Source: an uncultured Candidatus Rokubacteria bacterium
GTDB taxonomy: Bacteria; Methylomirabilota; Methylomirabilia; Rokubacteriales; DASRDR01
NCBI GenBank assembly: GCA_963799055.1
Contig: CAWCVP010000021.1
Location: 76,287 to 140,286, forward strand
DNA: 64,000 nt
Reading direction: 5' to 3'
The notes below the pieces were generated by a model. That model saw only the letters and a program-made list of their open reading frames with translations. It had not been told where the DNA came from and made no database searches. The position numbers were made by a program, and so were the translations under genes. Below, piece after piece: positions 40,259-50,042 of this stretch (position 1 is the stretch's first letter; each line of letters begins with the position of its first letter).

Positions 40259-41779
40259 TCACCGTGCGAGGGTCTTCCCGGCCACGCGCCCCGTGGCCGG
40301 CGCGGCCGCCCGCTTCTCCTGCACGACCTGGAGGAGATCGGCCACCGCCCGCTCGGTGACGGCGGTGAACGGCTTCGGGTAGACGCCGATCCACACGATC
40401 AGGACCAGGATCGGGACGAGCGTCCAGATCTCGCGGGCGTTGAGGTCGGGGAGTCGACGGTTCTCCTCGTGGCGCACCTCCCCGAAGATCACGCGCTGGT
40501 ACATCCAGAGGAGGTATACCGCCGCAAACACGATCCCGGCCGTGCCGAGCACCGCCGCCGGGCGGCTCCACTGGAACGCCCCCACCAGGATCAGGAACTC
40601 CCCCACGAAGCCGTTGAGCCCCGGAAGCCCGATCGAGGAGAACATGACGACCAGGAGGAGCACCGAGAAGACCGGCATGATCGCCCAGAGCCCCCCGAAG
40701 TCGGCGATCAGGCGCGAGTGGCGGCGCTCGTACAGCATGCCGACCAGGAGGAAGAGCGCGCCGGTCGAGAGCCCGTGGTTGACCATCTGGAGGAGGCCGC
40801 CCACCAGCCCCTGGGGCGTGAACGTGAAGAGCCCCAGCATCACGAAGCCGAGGTGGCTCACCGACGAGTAGGCGATCAGCTTCTTCATGTCCGGCTGCAC
40901 GGTCGAGACCCAGGCCCCGTAAAGGATCCCGACGAGCGCCAGGCCGACGACGACGGGCGCCAGGCTCACGGCGGCGTCGGGAAACAGCGGCAGCCCGAAC
41001 CGGAGGAAGCCGTAGGTACCCATCTTCAGGAGCACGCCGGCCAGGATCACGCTCCCCGCCGTGGGCGCCTCGACGTGGGCGTCGGGCAGCCAGGTGTGGA
41101 ACGGCACCATCGGCACCTTGATGGCGAAGGCGAGCGCGAAGGCCAGGAAGAGCGGCACCTGGAGCCCGGGGTCGATGCGCAGCTGCAGCACGGCGGTGTA
41201 GTCGAAGGACGCCGCCCGCGGGTCCTGGAGGAAGTAGAGGGCGAGGATGGCGAGCAGCATGAGGGCAGAGCCCGCCATCGTGTAGAGGATGAACTTCACG
41301 GCCGCGTACACCCGCCGGGGTCCGCCCCAGACCCCGATGATCAGGTACATCGGCACCAGCATCCCCTCCCAGAAGACGAAGAAGAGGAAGAGGTCGAGGG
41401 CCACGAAGACCCCGAGCATCCCCGTCTCGAGGAGACACATCGCGACCAGGAATTCCTTCACGCGCGTCGTGATCTGCGTCCACGACGAGAGGATGCAGAG
41501 CGGCGCGAGGAGCGTGGTCAAGAGGACCAGGAGCAGGCTGATCCCGTCCACGCCCAGGTGATAGCTGATCCCGGCGCCCGGGATCCAGGCGCGCTGCTCG
41601 ACGAACTGCATGCCCGTGCGCCCCCGGTCGAAGCCGACCCAGAGGAGACCGGAGACGAGGAACGTCGCGACGCTCACGGTGAGCGCAACCTGTCGGAGGC
41701 GGCGCGTGTCCCGCCGGTCGAGGAGGAGGAGCGCCACCGCCCCCAGGGTCGGCAGCCAGACGAGCGTGCTCAGCAGCAC
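40259..41779 (-). CDS. nuoM: NADH-quinone oxidoreductase subunit M
   Basis: Intact 506 aa. ..FFVFWE..L.PMYLIIG.WGG..R.YAA.KF..YT..GS..ML..I......; AFAIK.P..PFHTWLPDAH.EAPT.GSV.LAG.LLK.G.YG. Confidence 0.93.
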   Translation of the reverse strand: MLLSTLVWLPTLGAVALLLLDRRDTRRLRQVALTVSVATFLVSGLLWVGFDRGRTGMQFVEQRAWIPGAGISYHLGVDGISLLLVLLTTLLAPLCILSSWTQITTRVKEFLVAMCLLETGMLGVFVALDLFLFFVFWEGMLVPMYLIIGVWGGPRRVYAAVKFILYTMAGSALMLLAILALYFLQDPRAASFDYTAVLQLRIDPGLQVPLFLAFALAFAIKVPMVPFHTWLPDAHVEAPTAGSVILAGVLLKMGTYGFLRFGLPLFPDAAVSLAPVVVGLALVGILYGAWVSTVQPDMKKLIAYSSVSHLGFVMLGLFTFTPQGLVGGLLQMVNHGLSTGALFLLVGMLYERRHSRLIADFGGLWAIMPVFSVLLLVVMFSSIGLPGLNGFVGEFLILVGAFQWSRPAAVLGTAGIVFAAVYLLWMYQRVIFGEVRHEENRRLPDLNAREIWTLVPILVLIVWIGVYPKPFTAVTERAVADLLQVVQEKRAAAPATGRVAGKTLAR

Positions 41780-41837
41780 GAGCGCCTCGGCCGGAGGCGG
41801 CCGCGGAGCGGCGTGGGACGCGCGGGGCCGCCGGCCA

Positions 41838-43722
41838 TCATCGAGGCCAGAGGAACCAGCCGAGGAGCGCCACGACGCCCACCAGCATCGAGAGGGCGTA
41901 GTTCATGACGAAGCCGGTCTGGTACCGGCGGAGCCAGCCCGCCGCCCGGGTGATGACCGTCGCCACGCCGTTGACCGCGCCGTCGATCACGCCCGCGTCG
42001 AACGCCTCGGCGCACCAGCGCGAGAGGGCGAAGAGCGGCCGGACGATCGCACGGTCGTAGAGCTCGTCCACGTAGTACTTCTCCAGCAGGAGGCGGTGGA
42101 CCCCGTTCTGGGGCACGCCGATCTTCGCGAGGTCTGCCCGCCCGCGCACGTAGAGCTGCCAGGCCACCGTGAGCCCGGCGAGGCTGGCGATCACCGAGAC
42201 CACCATCAGCGCCCAGGCGGGCCCGTGATGGGCGCCCGCCGCCGCGTGGGCGCCGGTCAGCACCGGGGCAAGGAAGCGGCCGAGCGCGGTCCCGTGCTCC
42301 GTCGGCAGTCCCCAGACGCCCGCGCCCGCGGCGAGAACGGCCAGGATGGCGAGCGGCACCGTCATGACCGGCGGCGACTCGTGCACGTGGTGCGCCACCT
42401 CGTGGTCGACGCGGGAGCGGCCGAAGAAGACGAGCAGCACGAGCCGCCACATGTAGAACGTGGTGAGGGCCGAGCCCACCAGCAGGAGCGCGAAGATCAC
42501 CGGCTTGCCGGCAAAGTACGCCCCCGCGAGGATCTCGTCCTTCGAGAAGAAGCCCGAGAACGGGGGCAGGCCCGAGATCGCCACGGTGGCGACCAGCATC
42601 GTGTAGAACGTGAGCGGCAGCCGCCGGGCCAGCCCCCCCATCTTCCGGACGTCCTGCTCGCCCGAGAGCGCGTGGATGACCGAGCCGGCGCCCAGGAACA
42701 GGAGCGCCTTGAAGAACGCGTGCGTCACCAGATGGTAGACGCCCGCCGTGTACGCGCCCACCCCGACTCCCACGAACATGTAACCCAGCTGGCTCACCGT
42801 CGAGTACGCCAGCACGCGCTTGATGTCGGTCTGGACGAGACCGATCGTGGCGGCGAAGACCGCCGTCAGCACGCCGACCCATGCGACCACGTCGAGCGCG
42901 ACATCCGAGCGCTCGAAGAGCGGGTGCGCCCGGGCGACGAGGTAGACGCCCGCCGTCACCATGGTCGCGGCGTGGATCAGGGCCGAGACCGGCGTCGGGC
43001 CCTCCATCGCGTCGGGGAGCCACGTGTGGAGCGGCAGCTGCGCCGACTTCCCGCACGCCCCGAGGAAGAGGAGGAGGCTGATCGCCGTGGCGGTTCCCAC
43101 GGCGAGCGCCGGGCGCCTTGGCGAACACCTCCGCGTACTCCAGCGTGCCGAGCGTGGTCCAGAGCAGCATGATGCCGAGCGCGAAGCCGCAGTCACCGAT
43201 GCGGTTCACGATGAACGCCTTCTTCCCGGCGTTCGCCGCCGACTCCCGCCTGTACCAGAACCCGATGAGGAGGTAGCTGCAGAGCCCGACCGCCTCCCAG
43301 AAGACGTAGAGGAGGAGGAAGTTCCCGGCGAGCACCAGCATGACCATCGAGAAGACGAACAGGTTGAGATAGAGGAAGAAGCGCGGGTAGTCGGGATCCT
43401 CGTGCATGTAGCCGATCGAGTAGACGTGGATGAGGAAGCCCACGCCCGTCACGACCAGCAGCATCACCGCCGAGAGCTGGTCGAGCTGGAGCGTGACCGG
43501 AGCGCGGAAGGTCCCGGCGACGATCCACTCGAAGAGCGACCCCGTGAAGGTCTCGTGCCGGAGCCAGACGCGGAGGAAGGCCAGGAGCGCCACCCCGAAG
43601 GCCAGCCCGACGGCAGGCACCGCCACCCAGTGCGCCCGGCGGCCGAGGCGCCGCCCGAAGGCCAGCGTGACGAGCGCGCCCGCGAGCGGCAGCGCGGGAA
43701 TCGGCCAGACGAGGTGGATCAT
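41838..43722 (-). CDS. nuoL: NADH-quinone oxidoreductase subunit L, one frameshift near 43105-43115
   Basis: MIHLVWPIPALPLAG..YSIGYM..D....RFF.YLNLF...M..LVL..N...LYVFWE.VGLCSYLLIGFW.......A..KAF..NRIGD..TLEYAEVFAKAP then ALAVGTATAISLLLFLGACGKSAQLPLHTWLPDAMEGPTP continues in another frame. Length 1885 nt (mod 3 = 1). An upstream ATG at 43785 is an alternative, possibly leaderless, start. Confidence 0.88.
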
Positions 43723-43793
43723 CCCTGTGCGGTCATCGGGTGCGGACGCAACGCGGCCCGGGGCGCGCCCGGGCCGTGGCGACATGCCGCCTT

Positions 43794-43822
43794 ACCCTAG
43801 CGAACCCCCCGGAACGTGTCAA
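43794..43822 (-). promoter_or_regulatory. Predicted sigma70 promoter of nuoLMN-ridA (TTGACA-N17-TAGGGT)
   Basis: Minus strand reads TTGACAcgttccggggggttcgcTAGGGTaaggcggcATG, in the 126-nt gap after the sigma54 activator gene. Confidence 0.55.
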
Positions 43823-43848
43823 GGCGCGGGCGGGTCGCCACCCGCGCG

Positions 43849-45279
43849 CTAGCCGTCGCGACCCCCCGCCGTGAGCCCGAGCTGGCGCAGCTTCTTGCGC
43901 AGGGTGTTGCGGTTGATCCCGAGGAGAGCGGCCGCCCGCAGCTGGTTCCCGCCCGTCTCGCGCAGCACCGCCCGCAGGAGCGGCCGTTCCACGAGCCCGA
44001 TCAGCAGATCGTAGAGGTTCGCGGACTCGCGCCGCCCGAGCCCATGGATGCACTCGGCGAGCTTCTGCTCGACGAGCTGTTCCAGCGTCCCCGCGGCGGG
44101 GGGCGGCGGGCCCGTGCCCGGCGCGATCGGCAGGTGCTCGGGCAGGATCACGCCCCCCGCCGCCATCACCATCGCGTGCTGGATGACGTTCTCCAGCTCG
44201 CGCACGTTCCCCGGCCAGCCGTAGCCCATCAGGCGCTCGAGGGCCTCGGTCGCCACGGCGCGCTCGCCGAGCTCCCCGCCGTACTTCGCCAGGAAGTGGT
44301 CGACCAGGAACGGGACGTCCTCGATCCGCTCCCGGAGGGACGGCAAGGTCAGCGGGACGACGTTCAGGCGGTAGTAGAGGTCTTCCCGGAAGCGCCCGTC
44401 CCGGATGAGGGTTTCCAGGTCCCGGTTCGTGGCGGCGACAACGCGCACGTCGACGGGGATGGCCTCGCCGCCGCCGACGCGCTCGAGCTGGCGCTCCTGG
44501 AGCACCCGCAAGAGCTTCGGCTGGAGCTCCGCGCCCAGGTCGCCGACCTCGTCGAGGTAGATCGTGCCCCCGTGGGCCAGCTCGAAGCGCCCGATCCGGC
44601 GCTGGTGGGCGTCCGTGAACGCCCCCCGCTCGTGACCGAAGAGCTCCGACTCGAGGAGCGTCGCGGGAATCGCTGCACAGGACACCGCGACAAACGGCTT
44701 GCCGGCGCGGCGACTGTAGTGGTGGATCGCGCGGGCGACGACCTCCTTGCCCGTGCCCGACTCGCCTCGCAGCAGCACGGTCACGTCGGTGCCGGCGATC
44801 CGCCCGATCGTCTTGTAGACCTCCTGCATCCGGGGCGACTTGCCGACCAGCGCCCCGAACTCCCACACCTCCTGGATACCCGTCCGCAGCTCGACGACCT
44901 CCCGCGCCAGCGCGCGGGCCGAGAGCGCGCGCTCGACGAGCAGGCGCACCTCGTCGTTGTCGAAGGGCTTGGTGAGGTAGTCGTAGGCGCCGCGCTGCAT
45001 CGCCTCGACCGCCGAGCGGACGCTGCCGTGGGCCGTCATCACGATCACCGCCGTGTCGGGCGCCGCCGTCCGGAGATGCGACAGGACCTCGAGCCCGTCG
45101 AGATCCGGCATCCGCACGTCGACGAACGCCAGGTCGAAGGGCTCCGCGGCGGCGCGGGCCAGGGCGGCGCCGCCATCCTCCGCGACGGTGACCGTGTGCC
45201 CGGCCTGGCGGAGCAGCCGGTCGAGCAGCCACCGGATCGACGGCTCGTCGTCGGCGATGAGGATCCGGGCGGTGGTCAT
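43849..45279 (-). CDS. Sigma54-dependent response regulator (NtrC/AtoC family)
   Basis: Receiver (ILIADDE..DVRMPD..KPF), AAA+ core (LLRGESGTGKE..ESELFGHERGAFTDA..LDEVG..RVVAATN), Fis-type HTH (NQLRAAALLGINRNTLRKKL). ATG at 45277-45279 overlaps the kinase stop (ATGA). Confidence 0.92.
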   Translation of the reverse strand: MTTARILIADDEPSIRWLLDRLLRQAGHTVTVAEDGGAALARAAAEPFDLAFVDVRMPDLDGLEVLSHLRTAAPDTAVIVMTAHGSVRSAVEAMQRGAYDYLTKPFDNDEVRLLVERALSARALAREVVELRTGIQEVWEFGALVGKSPRMQEVYKTIGRIAGTDVTVLLRGESGTGKEVVARAIHHYSRRAGKPFVAVSCAAIPATLLESELFGHERGAFTDAHQRRIGRFELAHGGTIYLDEVGDLGAELQPKLLRVLQERQLERVGGGEAIPVDVRVVAATNRDLETLIRDGRFREDLYYRLNVVPLTLPSLRERIEDVPFLVDHFLAKYGGELGERAVATEALERLMGYGWPGNVRELENVIQHAMVMAAGGVILPEHLPIAPGTGPPPPAAGTLEQLVEQKLAECIHGLGRRESANLYDLLIGLVERPLLRAVLRETGGNQLRAAALLGINRNTLRKKLRQLGLTAGGRDG

Positions 45280-46442
45280 CGGGCGCCGGCGGGCGGCGGG
45301 GCGAGCGGGAAGGTCAGGGTGCCGGCGCTCCCCGCCGGTCCGGCGGGCGCGATCGGCAGGTGGCAGCTGAAGGTCGTCCCCTTCCCCTGGGCGCTCGCGA
45401 CCCGGAGGGCGCCCCGGTGCTCCTCGACGATGCGGTGGGCCAGGGCCAGGCCGAGCCCGAGCCCCCGCGGCTTCGTGGTGACGAAGGGGTCGAAGACCCG
45501 ATCGAGCAGCTCGGCGGGAATGCCCTCGCCCTCGTCGGTGACCTGGACCTCGACCAGCGGCCGGGGCCCCGCGCCCAGATCGACCCGGCCCCCGAACACG
45601 GTGTCGAGGGACAGCCGCGTGGTGAGCGTGAGCCGTCCCCCGCCCGGCATGGCCTCGATCCCGTTCTGGACGAGGTTCTGGAACACCTGGACGAGGCGGT
45701 CCGCGTCGGCCCAGAGGGCCGGGAGGCTCGGATCGTAGCGCCGCACGAGCTGGACCTCGTGGGCGCGCGCCGCCGGCTCCCCGAGGAGGGTCACGCGATC
45801 GAGCAACTCGTGGAGGTTGACGAACCCGAAGGTCAAGGTCAGCGGGCGCCCGAGATCGAGGAGCGCCTCCATCACCCGATTGACGCGATCGATCTCGGCC
45901 AGCACGACGCGGACGTGCTCGCGGAACGGGCTCGCGCCGCCCAGCTCGTCGCCGAGCAACTGGGCGACGCCCCGGATCGCGCCGAGCGGGTTGCGGATCT
46001 CGTGCGCGAGCGCCAGCGCCATCTGCCCCAGCGCCGCGAGCCGCTCGCCGCGTCGCACCTCCGCCTCGAGCGCCCGGATCCGCGACAGGTCGCGCAGCAC
46101 CGCCACCGCGCCCCGGAGGACCCCGGTCGGCCCGTGGATCGGCGCCGTGAGCATGCTCACCGGGATGGTGCGGCCCTCGGTCGTCGTGATCTCGGACTCC
46201 GCCTCGGCCCGCCCTTCGGCCAGCCGGATGGTCTCGCCGAGATGCCGGGTCAACCGGGCCTCGGGCCCCAGGCACTCGGGCAAGAGCCGCTCGAGCGCCC
46301 GCGTCGCCGAGCGACCGGTGAGGGCTTCCGCGGCCGCGTTCCAGAGGAACACGGTGAGATCCGGCCGCACGCCGACGACGGCGTCGGGCAGGCTCGCCAG
46401 GAGCCGATCGACCTCCGGGACCGGACCGGGCGCGGCGGTCAC
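45276..46442 (-). CDS. Soluble PAS-domain sensor histidine kinase (NtrB/AtoS-like)
   Basis: No TM segment. PAS-like N-terminus (..VVGV..D..V..WN.AAE.LTG..), H-box LAHEIRNPL, N/G boxes (QNLVQNGIEAM..DEGEGIP..G.GLGLALA). Confidence 0.88.
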   Translation of the reverse strand: MTAAPGPVPEVDRLLASLPDAVVGVRPDLTVFLWNAAAEALTGRSATRALERLLPECLGPEARLTRHLGETIRLAEGRAEAESEITTTEGRTIPVSMLTAPIHGPTGVLRGAVAVLRDLSRIRALEAEVRRGERLAALGQMALALAHEIRNPLGAIRGVAQLLGDELGGASPFREHVRVVLAEIDRVNRVMEALLDLGRPLTLTFGFVNLHELLDRVTLLGEPAARAHEVQLVRRYDPSLPALWADADRLVQVFQNLVQNGIEAMPGGGRLTLTTRLSLDTVFGGRVDLGAGPRPLVEVQVTDEGEGIPAELLDRVFDPFVTTKPRGLGLGLALAHRIVEEHRGALRVASAQGKGTTFSCHLPIAPAGPAGSAGTLTFPLAPPPAGAR

Positions 46443-46446
46443 GGCG

Positions 46447-47445
46447 TCACGCCAGGGGCAGGGTCGCGTGCGCGTTCAGCGTGAGGTCGGCCCGCTCGCC
46501 GGCCAGGAGGCGCGCCGTCCCCGCCGCCGCGATCATGGCCGCGTTGTCGGTGCACAGCCGAGGCGGCGGCGCCGTCCAGGCGTAGCCACGCTCGGCGCAT
46601 TCGACCTCGAGCGCCTCGCGAAGGGCCCCGTTGGCCGCCACCCCGCCCGTGACCAGGACGCGCCGGATCCCGAGCTGCCGCGCGGCGCGGACCGTCTTCC
46701 GGACGAGCATCTTCACGGCCGTGGCCTGAAAGGAGGCGCACACGTCCGCCACGCCGCCCGGACCGAGCGGGGCGTGCTGCCGGACGTAGAGGCTCACGGC
46801 CGTCTTGAGCCCGGAGAACGAGAAGTCCGGCGCGCCGTCCTGGAACTGGGCGAGCGGGAAGGCGATCGCCTTGGGGTCCCCCGCCCGCGCCGTCCGCTCG
46901 ACCACCGGCCCCCCGGGATAGCCCAGGCCGAGGAGCTTCGCGACCTTGTCGAACGCCTCGCCCGCCGCGTCGTCCCGCGTCTGGCCGACCAGCCGGTAGT
47001 GCAACGGGCGCTCGCACGCGTAGAGCGCCGTGTGGCCGCCGGACACGACGAGGGCCAGGAACCCGGCGTCGAGCGTCGGATCGGTGAGCCGACCGGCGAA
47101 GATGTGCCCCTCCAGGTGATTCACCCCCACGAGCGGGATCCGGTGGGCATAGGCGAAGGCCTTCGCGGCCGACAGCCCGACCAGGAGCGAGCCCACGAGG
47201 CCGGGGCCGTGCGTCACCGCGATGCCGTCCAGATCCGTCAGGCGCACGCCGGCGTCGCCGAGCGCGCGGGCCACGACGGGCAGCACGACCTCGAGGTGCC
47301 GGCGCGACGCGAGCTCGGGCACGACGCCGCCGTAGCCCGCGTGGATCGGGTCCTGCGACTCGACGACGTTCGAGCGCAGCGCGCCGTCGGCCAGGACGGC
47401 CGCGGCGGTCTCGTCACAGGAGGTCTCGACGCCGAGAACGAGCAT
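46447..47445 (-). CDS. tsaD: tRNA N6-adenosine threonylcarbamoyltransferase TsaD
   Basis: MLVLGVETSCDETAAAV..GGVVPE.ASR.H..THGPGL.GSLLVG...AK..A.....PL.GVNHLEGH..SGGHT. Confidence 0.93.
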   Translation of the reverse strand: MLVLGVETSCDETAAAVLADGALRSNVVESQDPIHAGYGGVVPELASRRHLEVVLPVVARALGDAGVRLTDLDGIAVTHGPGLVGSLLVGLSAAKAFAYAHRIPLVGVNHLEGHIFAGRLTDPTLDAGFLALVVSGGHTALYACERPLHYRLVGQTRDDAAGEAFDKVAKLLGLGYPGGPVVERTARAGDPKAIAFPLAQFQDGAPDFSFSGLKTAVSLYVRQHAPLGPGGVADVCASFQATAVKMLVRKTVRAARQLGIRRVLVTGGVAANGALREALEVECAERGYAWTAPPPRLCTDNAAMIAAAGTARLLAGERADLTLNAHATLPLA

Positions 47446-47497
47446 GCGCGGGGACGCGGGATGCCCCGAGGAGCCCGGGCCGGGCGGCCGGCCGGCG

Positions 47498-48748
47498 CTA
47501 GCCGGCCTTCGCGGTCGGCTTCGTCTTGTCGAGGATCCGGGACGCCTTCAGGATCTCGATCGCGCGCTGGAGCTGCACGTCGCGCTTCATCAGCTCCGCC
47601 TCGGACAGGGGCGGCGTGCCGGGCTTCACCGTCGTCATCTCGTCCTTCGGCGGATCGATGACGATGTCCGGCGTGATCCCCTTGCCGTGGATGGAGCGCC
47701 CCTTCGGCGTGAAGTACCGGGCGGTGGTCAGACGCAGCCCCGAGCCGTCCGAGAGCGGGATGATCGTCTGCACGGACCCCTTGCCGAACGTCTGCTGGCC
47801 GATGACCACGCCGCGCCCGTGATCCTGGATCGCGCCGGCCACGATCTCCGACGCCGACGCCGAGCCCTGGTTGACGAGCACGACCAGCGGCACCTCGGTG
47901 ATCGCCCGCTTCGCGTGCGCGGTGAAGCGCATGTTCTGGTTCCGCACCCGGCCCTCGGTGTAGACGACCAGCTTGCCGTCACCGAGGAACTCCTCGGAGA
48001 CCTCCACGGCCGCCGACAAGAGACCGCCCGGATTGCTCCGGACGTCGATGATGAGCCCCCCCAGCCGCCCCGTCTTCTCGAACTTCTCGACGGACGCCAC
48101 GAGATCCGGGGCCGTCCGCTCCTGGAACTGCCGGATGCGGATGTAGCCGATCCCCGGCTCGATCTCCTGGGTCTTGATGCTCTGGACCTGGATCACCTCG
48201 CGGACGAGGGACACGTCGAACGGCTCCTTTGCGCCCTCCCGCGCGATCGTGACCGTGACCTTCGTGCCCTTGGGGCCGCGCATCCGCTTGACCGCGTCGG
48301 GCAGGCTCATGTCCTTGGTGACGAGGCCCTCGATCTTCACGATGCGGTCGCCGGGCTGGATCCCGGCCCGCCAGGCGGGCGTGCCCTCGATGGGCGCCAC
48401 GACGGTCAACTGGTCGTCGCGGACCGTGATCTCGATCCCGAGGCCCCCGAAGCTCCCCGAGGTCTCGACCTGCATCTCGCGATAGCTCTCGGGGTCCATG
48501 AACGAGGAGTGCGGGTCGAGGGCGCGCAGCATCCCGCGCACCGCGCCGTAGATGACCTCCTTCGGCTCGGTCTCGTCGACGTACTGGTTCTGGATGATCG
48601 CCAGCACGTCGGTGAAGAGCTTGAGCTGCTCGTAGGTCGCGGCCCGGTCGACACCCTTCGAGGCGCTCGTGCCGCCCAGCGAGAGCGTCAGTACCGCCAG
48701 CACGACGGCGGCCAGGACTGCTTTGCCGACCGGCTTTCCCGCACGCAT
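47498..48748 (-). CDS. S41-family carboxy-terminal processing peptidase (CtpA/Prc-like)
   Basis: ..FGGLGIEI..PIEGTPA.RAGI.PGD.I..I.G (PDZ) ..LIIDVR.NPGG.L..A..V...F......LVVLVN.GSASASEI.AGA.QD....V.G..TFGKGSVQ. The ATG at 48746-48748 has GGAG 6 nt upstream, so I prefer it over the track start at 48805. Confidence 0.85.
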   Translation of the reverse strand: MRAGKPVGKAVLAAVVLAVLTLSLGGTSASKGVDRAATYEQLKLFTDVLAIIQNQYVDETEPKEVIYGAVRGMLRALDPHSSFMDPESYREMQVETSGSFGGLGIEITVRDDQLTVVAPIEGTPAWRAGIQPGDRIVKIEGLVTKDMSLPDAVKRMRGPKGTKVTVTIAREGAKEPFDVSLVREVIQVQSIKTQEIEPGIGYIRIRQFQERTAPDLVASVEKFEKTGRLGGLIIDVRSNPGGLLSAAVEVSEEFLGDGKLVVYTEGRVRNQNMRFTAHAKRAITEVPLVVLVNQGSASASEIVAGAIQDHGRGVVIGQQTFGKGSVQTIIPLSDGSGLRLTTARYFTPKGRSIHGKGITPDIVIDPPKDEMTTVKPGTPPLSEAELMKRDVQLQRAIEILKASRILDKTKPTAKAG

Positions 48749-48801
48749 ACCTGACTCCTTCTCCACGACAGCCGAGCCACCCTCTCGCCGCACCGGCGCG
48801 T

Positions 48802-50028
48802 TCACGGCCGGCGCCGCAGCCAGAGCTGGGGATCCTCCGCCCGGCCCTGGTAGCGCACCTCGAAGTACAGGCGCGGTCCCTCGACCGATCCGGTCTCCCC
48901 GACACGACCGATGAGCGCCCCGGTCTTCACCTGGTCTCCCTCGTCGACCAGGACCTGCGCCGCGTGGGCATAGAGGGTGTGATAGCCGTCCCCGTGGTCT
49001 AGGACTACGAGGTTACCATATCCCTTCAACCAGCCACGATACGCGACGCTGCCGGCCGCCACCGCCCGAATCGCCGTGCCCTCCGGGGCCTCGATGTCGA
49101 CGCCGCTCCGGAGCGTCTCGGTGCCGAAACGCGGGTGGGTCTGGGGCCCGAACTCCGCCACCACCCGCCCCTCGGTCGGCCAGGGCAGCTGGCCACGCTC
49201 CCGCCCCAGCCCGAGACTGGTCTCCGCGGGCGGCGGGGTGGGCCGGGCGCGCGCCACGGCGCGCTGGGTCGGCGCCCGGCGCGCGAGGCTGCGGACGAGG
49301 GTCTCCAGCCGGCGCGTCGCCTCGGTCAGCTCGCCCGCCAGCCGCTCGTGCGTCGCCCGGTCCTCGCGGACGTCCGCGAGCAGGGCGCGACGCCGCTCCG
49401 CCTGGACGGTGACCTGATTCCGCTCCGCGTCCACGGCGCGGCGGAGCTCGACCAGCTCCCCGCGCGCCCGGGCGACGGCCTCCTGGCGCGCCGTGAGGCG
49501 ATCGGCGGTCACGTCGTAGCGGGAGAGTCGGTCCAGATCGTCGCGGGCGATCCCGGCGAGATCCGCGACGGCACGCTGACGGGCGGGCGACGTCGGCCCC
49601 GTCGCCCAGGCGGGGCCGGCGGGCATCGCGGCGAGCCGGACGAGGGCGTCGAGATGCGCCGCGAGCGCGGCCTGCTGGCCGACGAGATCCTCCGCGACGC
49701 GCCCCCGGCGCCCCTCGAGGTGCTCCAGCTCATCCTCGACCTGGCCGATGCGCCGGTCGAGCTGCTGGAGCGCGCCCCGCTTCGCGGCCAGGGTGCGATC
49801 GATCGCTTCCAGCTCGGTGAGCAGCGACACCTCGCGGCGGCGGGCCACCGAGGCGCGCTCGCGCGCCTGGTCGAGCTGACGGCGGGCCTCGCCGAGCGCC
49901 TCCTGCTTGGCCTTCAGGCTCGGGCGCGCGGCCTGGCGCGGGGCCGCGCTCGCGTCCAGGCCGGCGAGCCCGGTGGTGACGAGGATCAGCCCGAGGACGA
50001 ACGGGGCCGGGAGCCGGCGGCGATACAT
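48802..50028 (-). CDS. EnvC-like coiled-coil M23 peptidase / murein hydrolase activator
   Basis: Signal/TM MYRRRLPAPFVLGLILVTTGLAG, a long coiled-coil region, and a C-terminal M23/LytM domain (..GVDIEAPEGT.I.AVA.G.V.Y.G.L.GYGN.VV.DHG.GY.TLYAH....V..GD.V..G..IG.VG.TG). Position after ftsEX supports the call. Confidence 0.8.
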   Translation of the reverse strand: MYRRRLPAPFVLGLILVTTGLAGLDASAAPRQAARPSLKAKQEALGEARRQLDQARERASVARRREVSLLTELEAIDRTLAAKRGALQQLDRRIGQVEDELEHLEGRRGRVAEDLVGQQAALAAHLDALVRLAAMPAGPAWATGPTSPARQRAVADLAGIARDDLDRLSRYDVTADRLTARQEAVARARGELVELRRAVDAERNQVTVQAERRRALLADVREDRATHERLAGELTEATRRLETLVRSLARRAPTQRAVARARPTPPPAETSLGLGRERGQLPWPTEGRVVAEFGPQTHPRFGTETLRSGVDIEAPEGTAIRAVAAGSVAYRGWLKGYGNLVVLDHGDGYHTLYAHAAQVLVDEGDQVKTGALIGRVGETGSVEGPRLYFEVRYQGRAEDPQLWLRRRP

Positions 50029-50042
50029 CGCGGGAGATCCGT

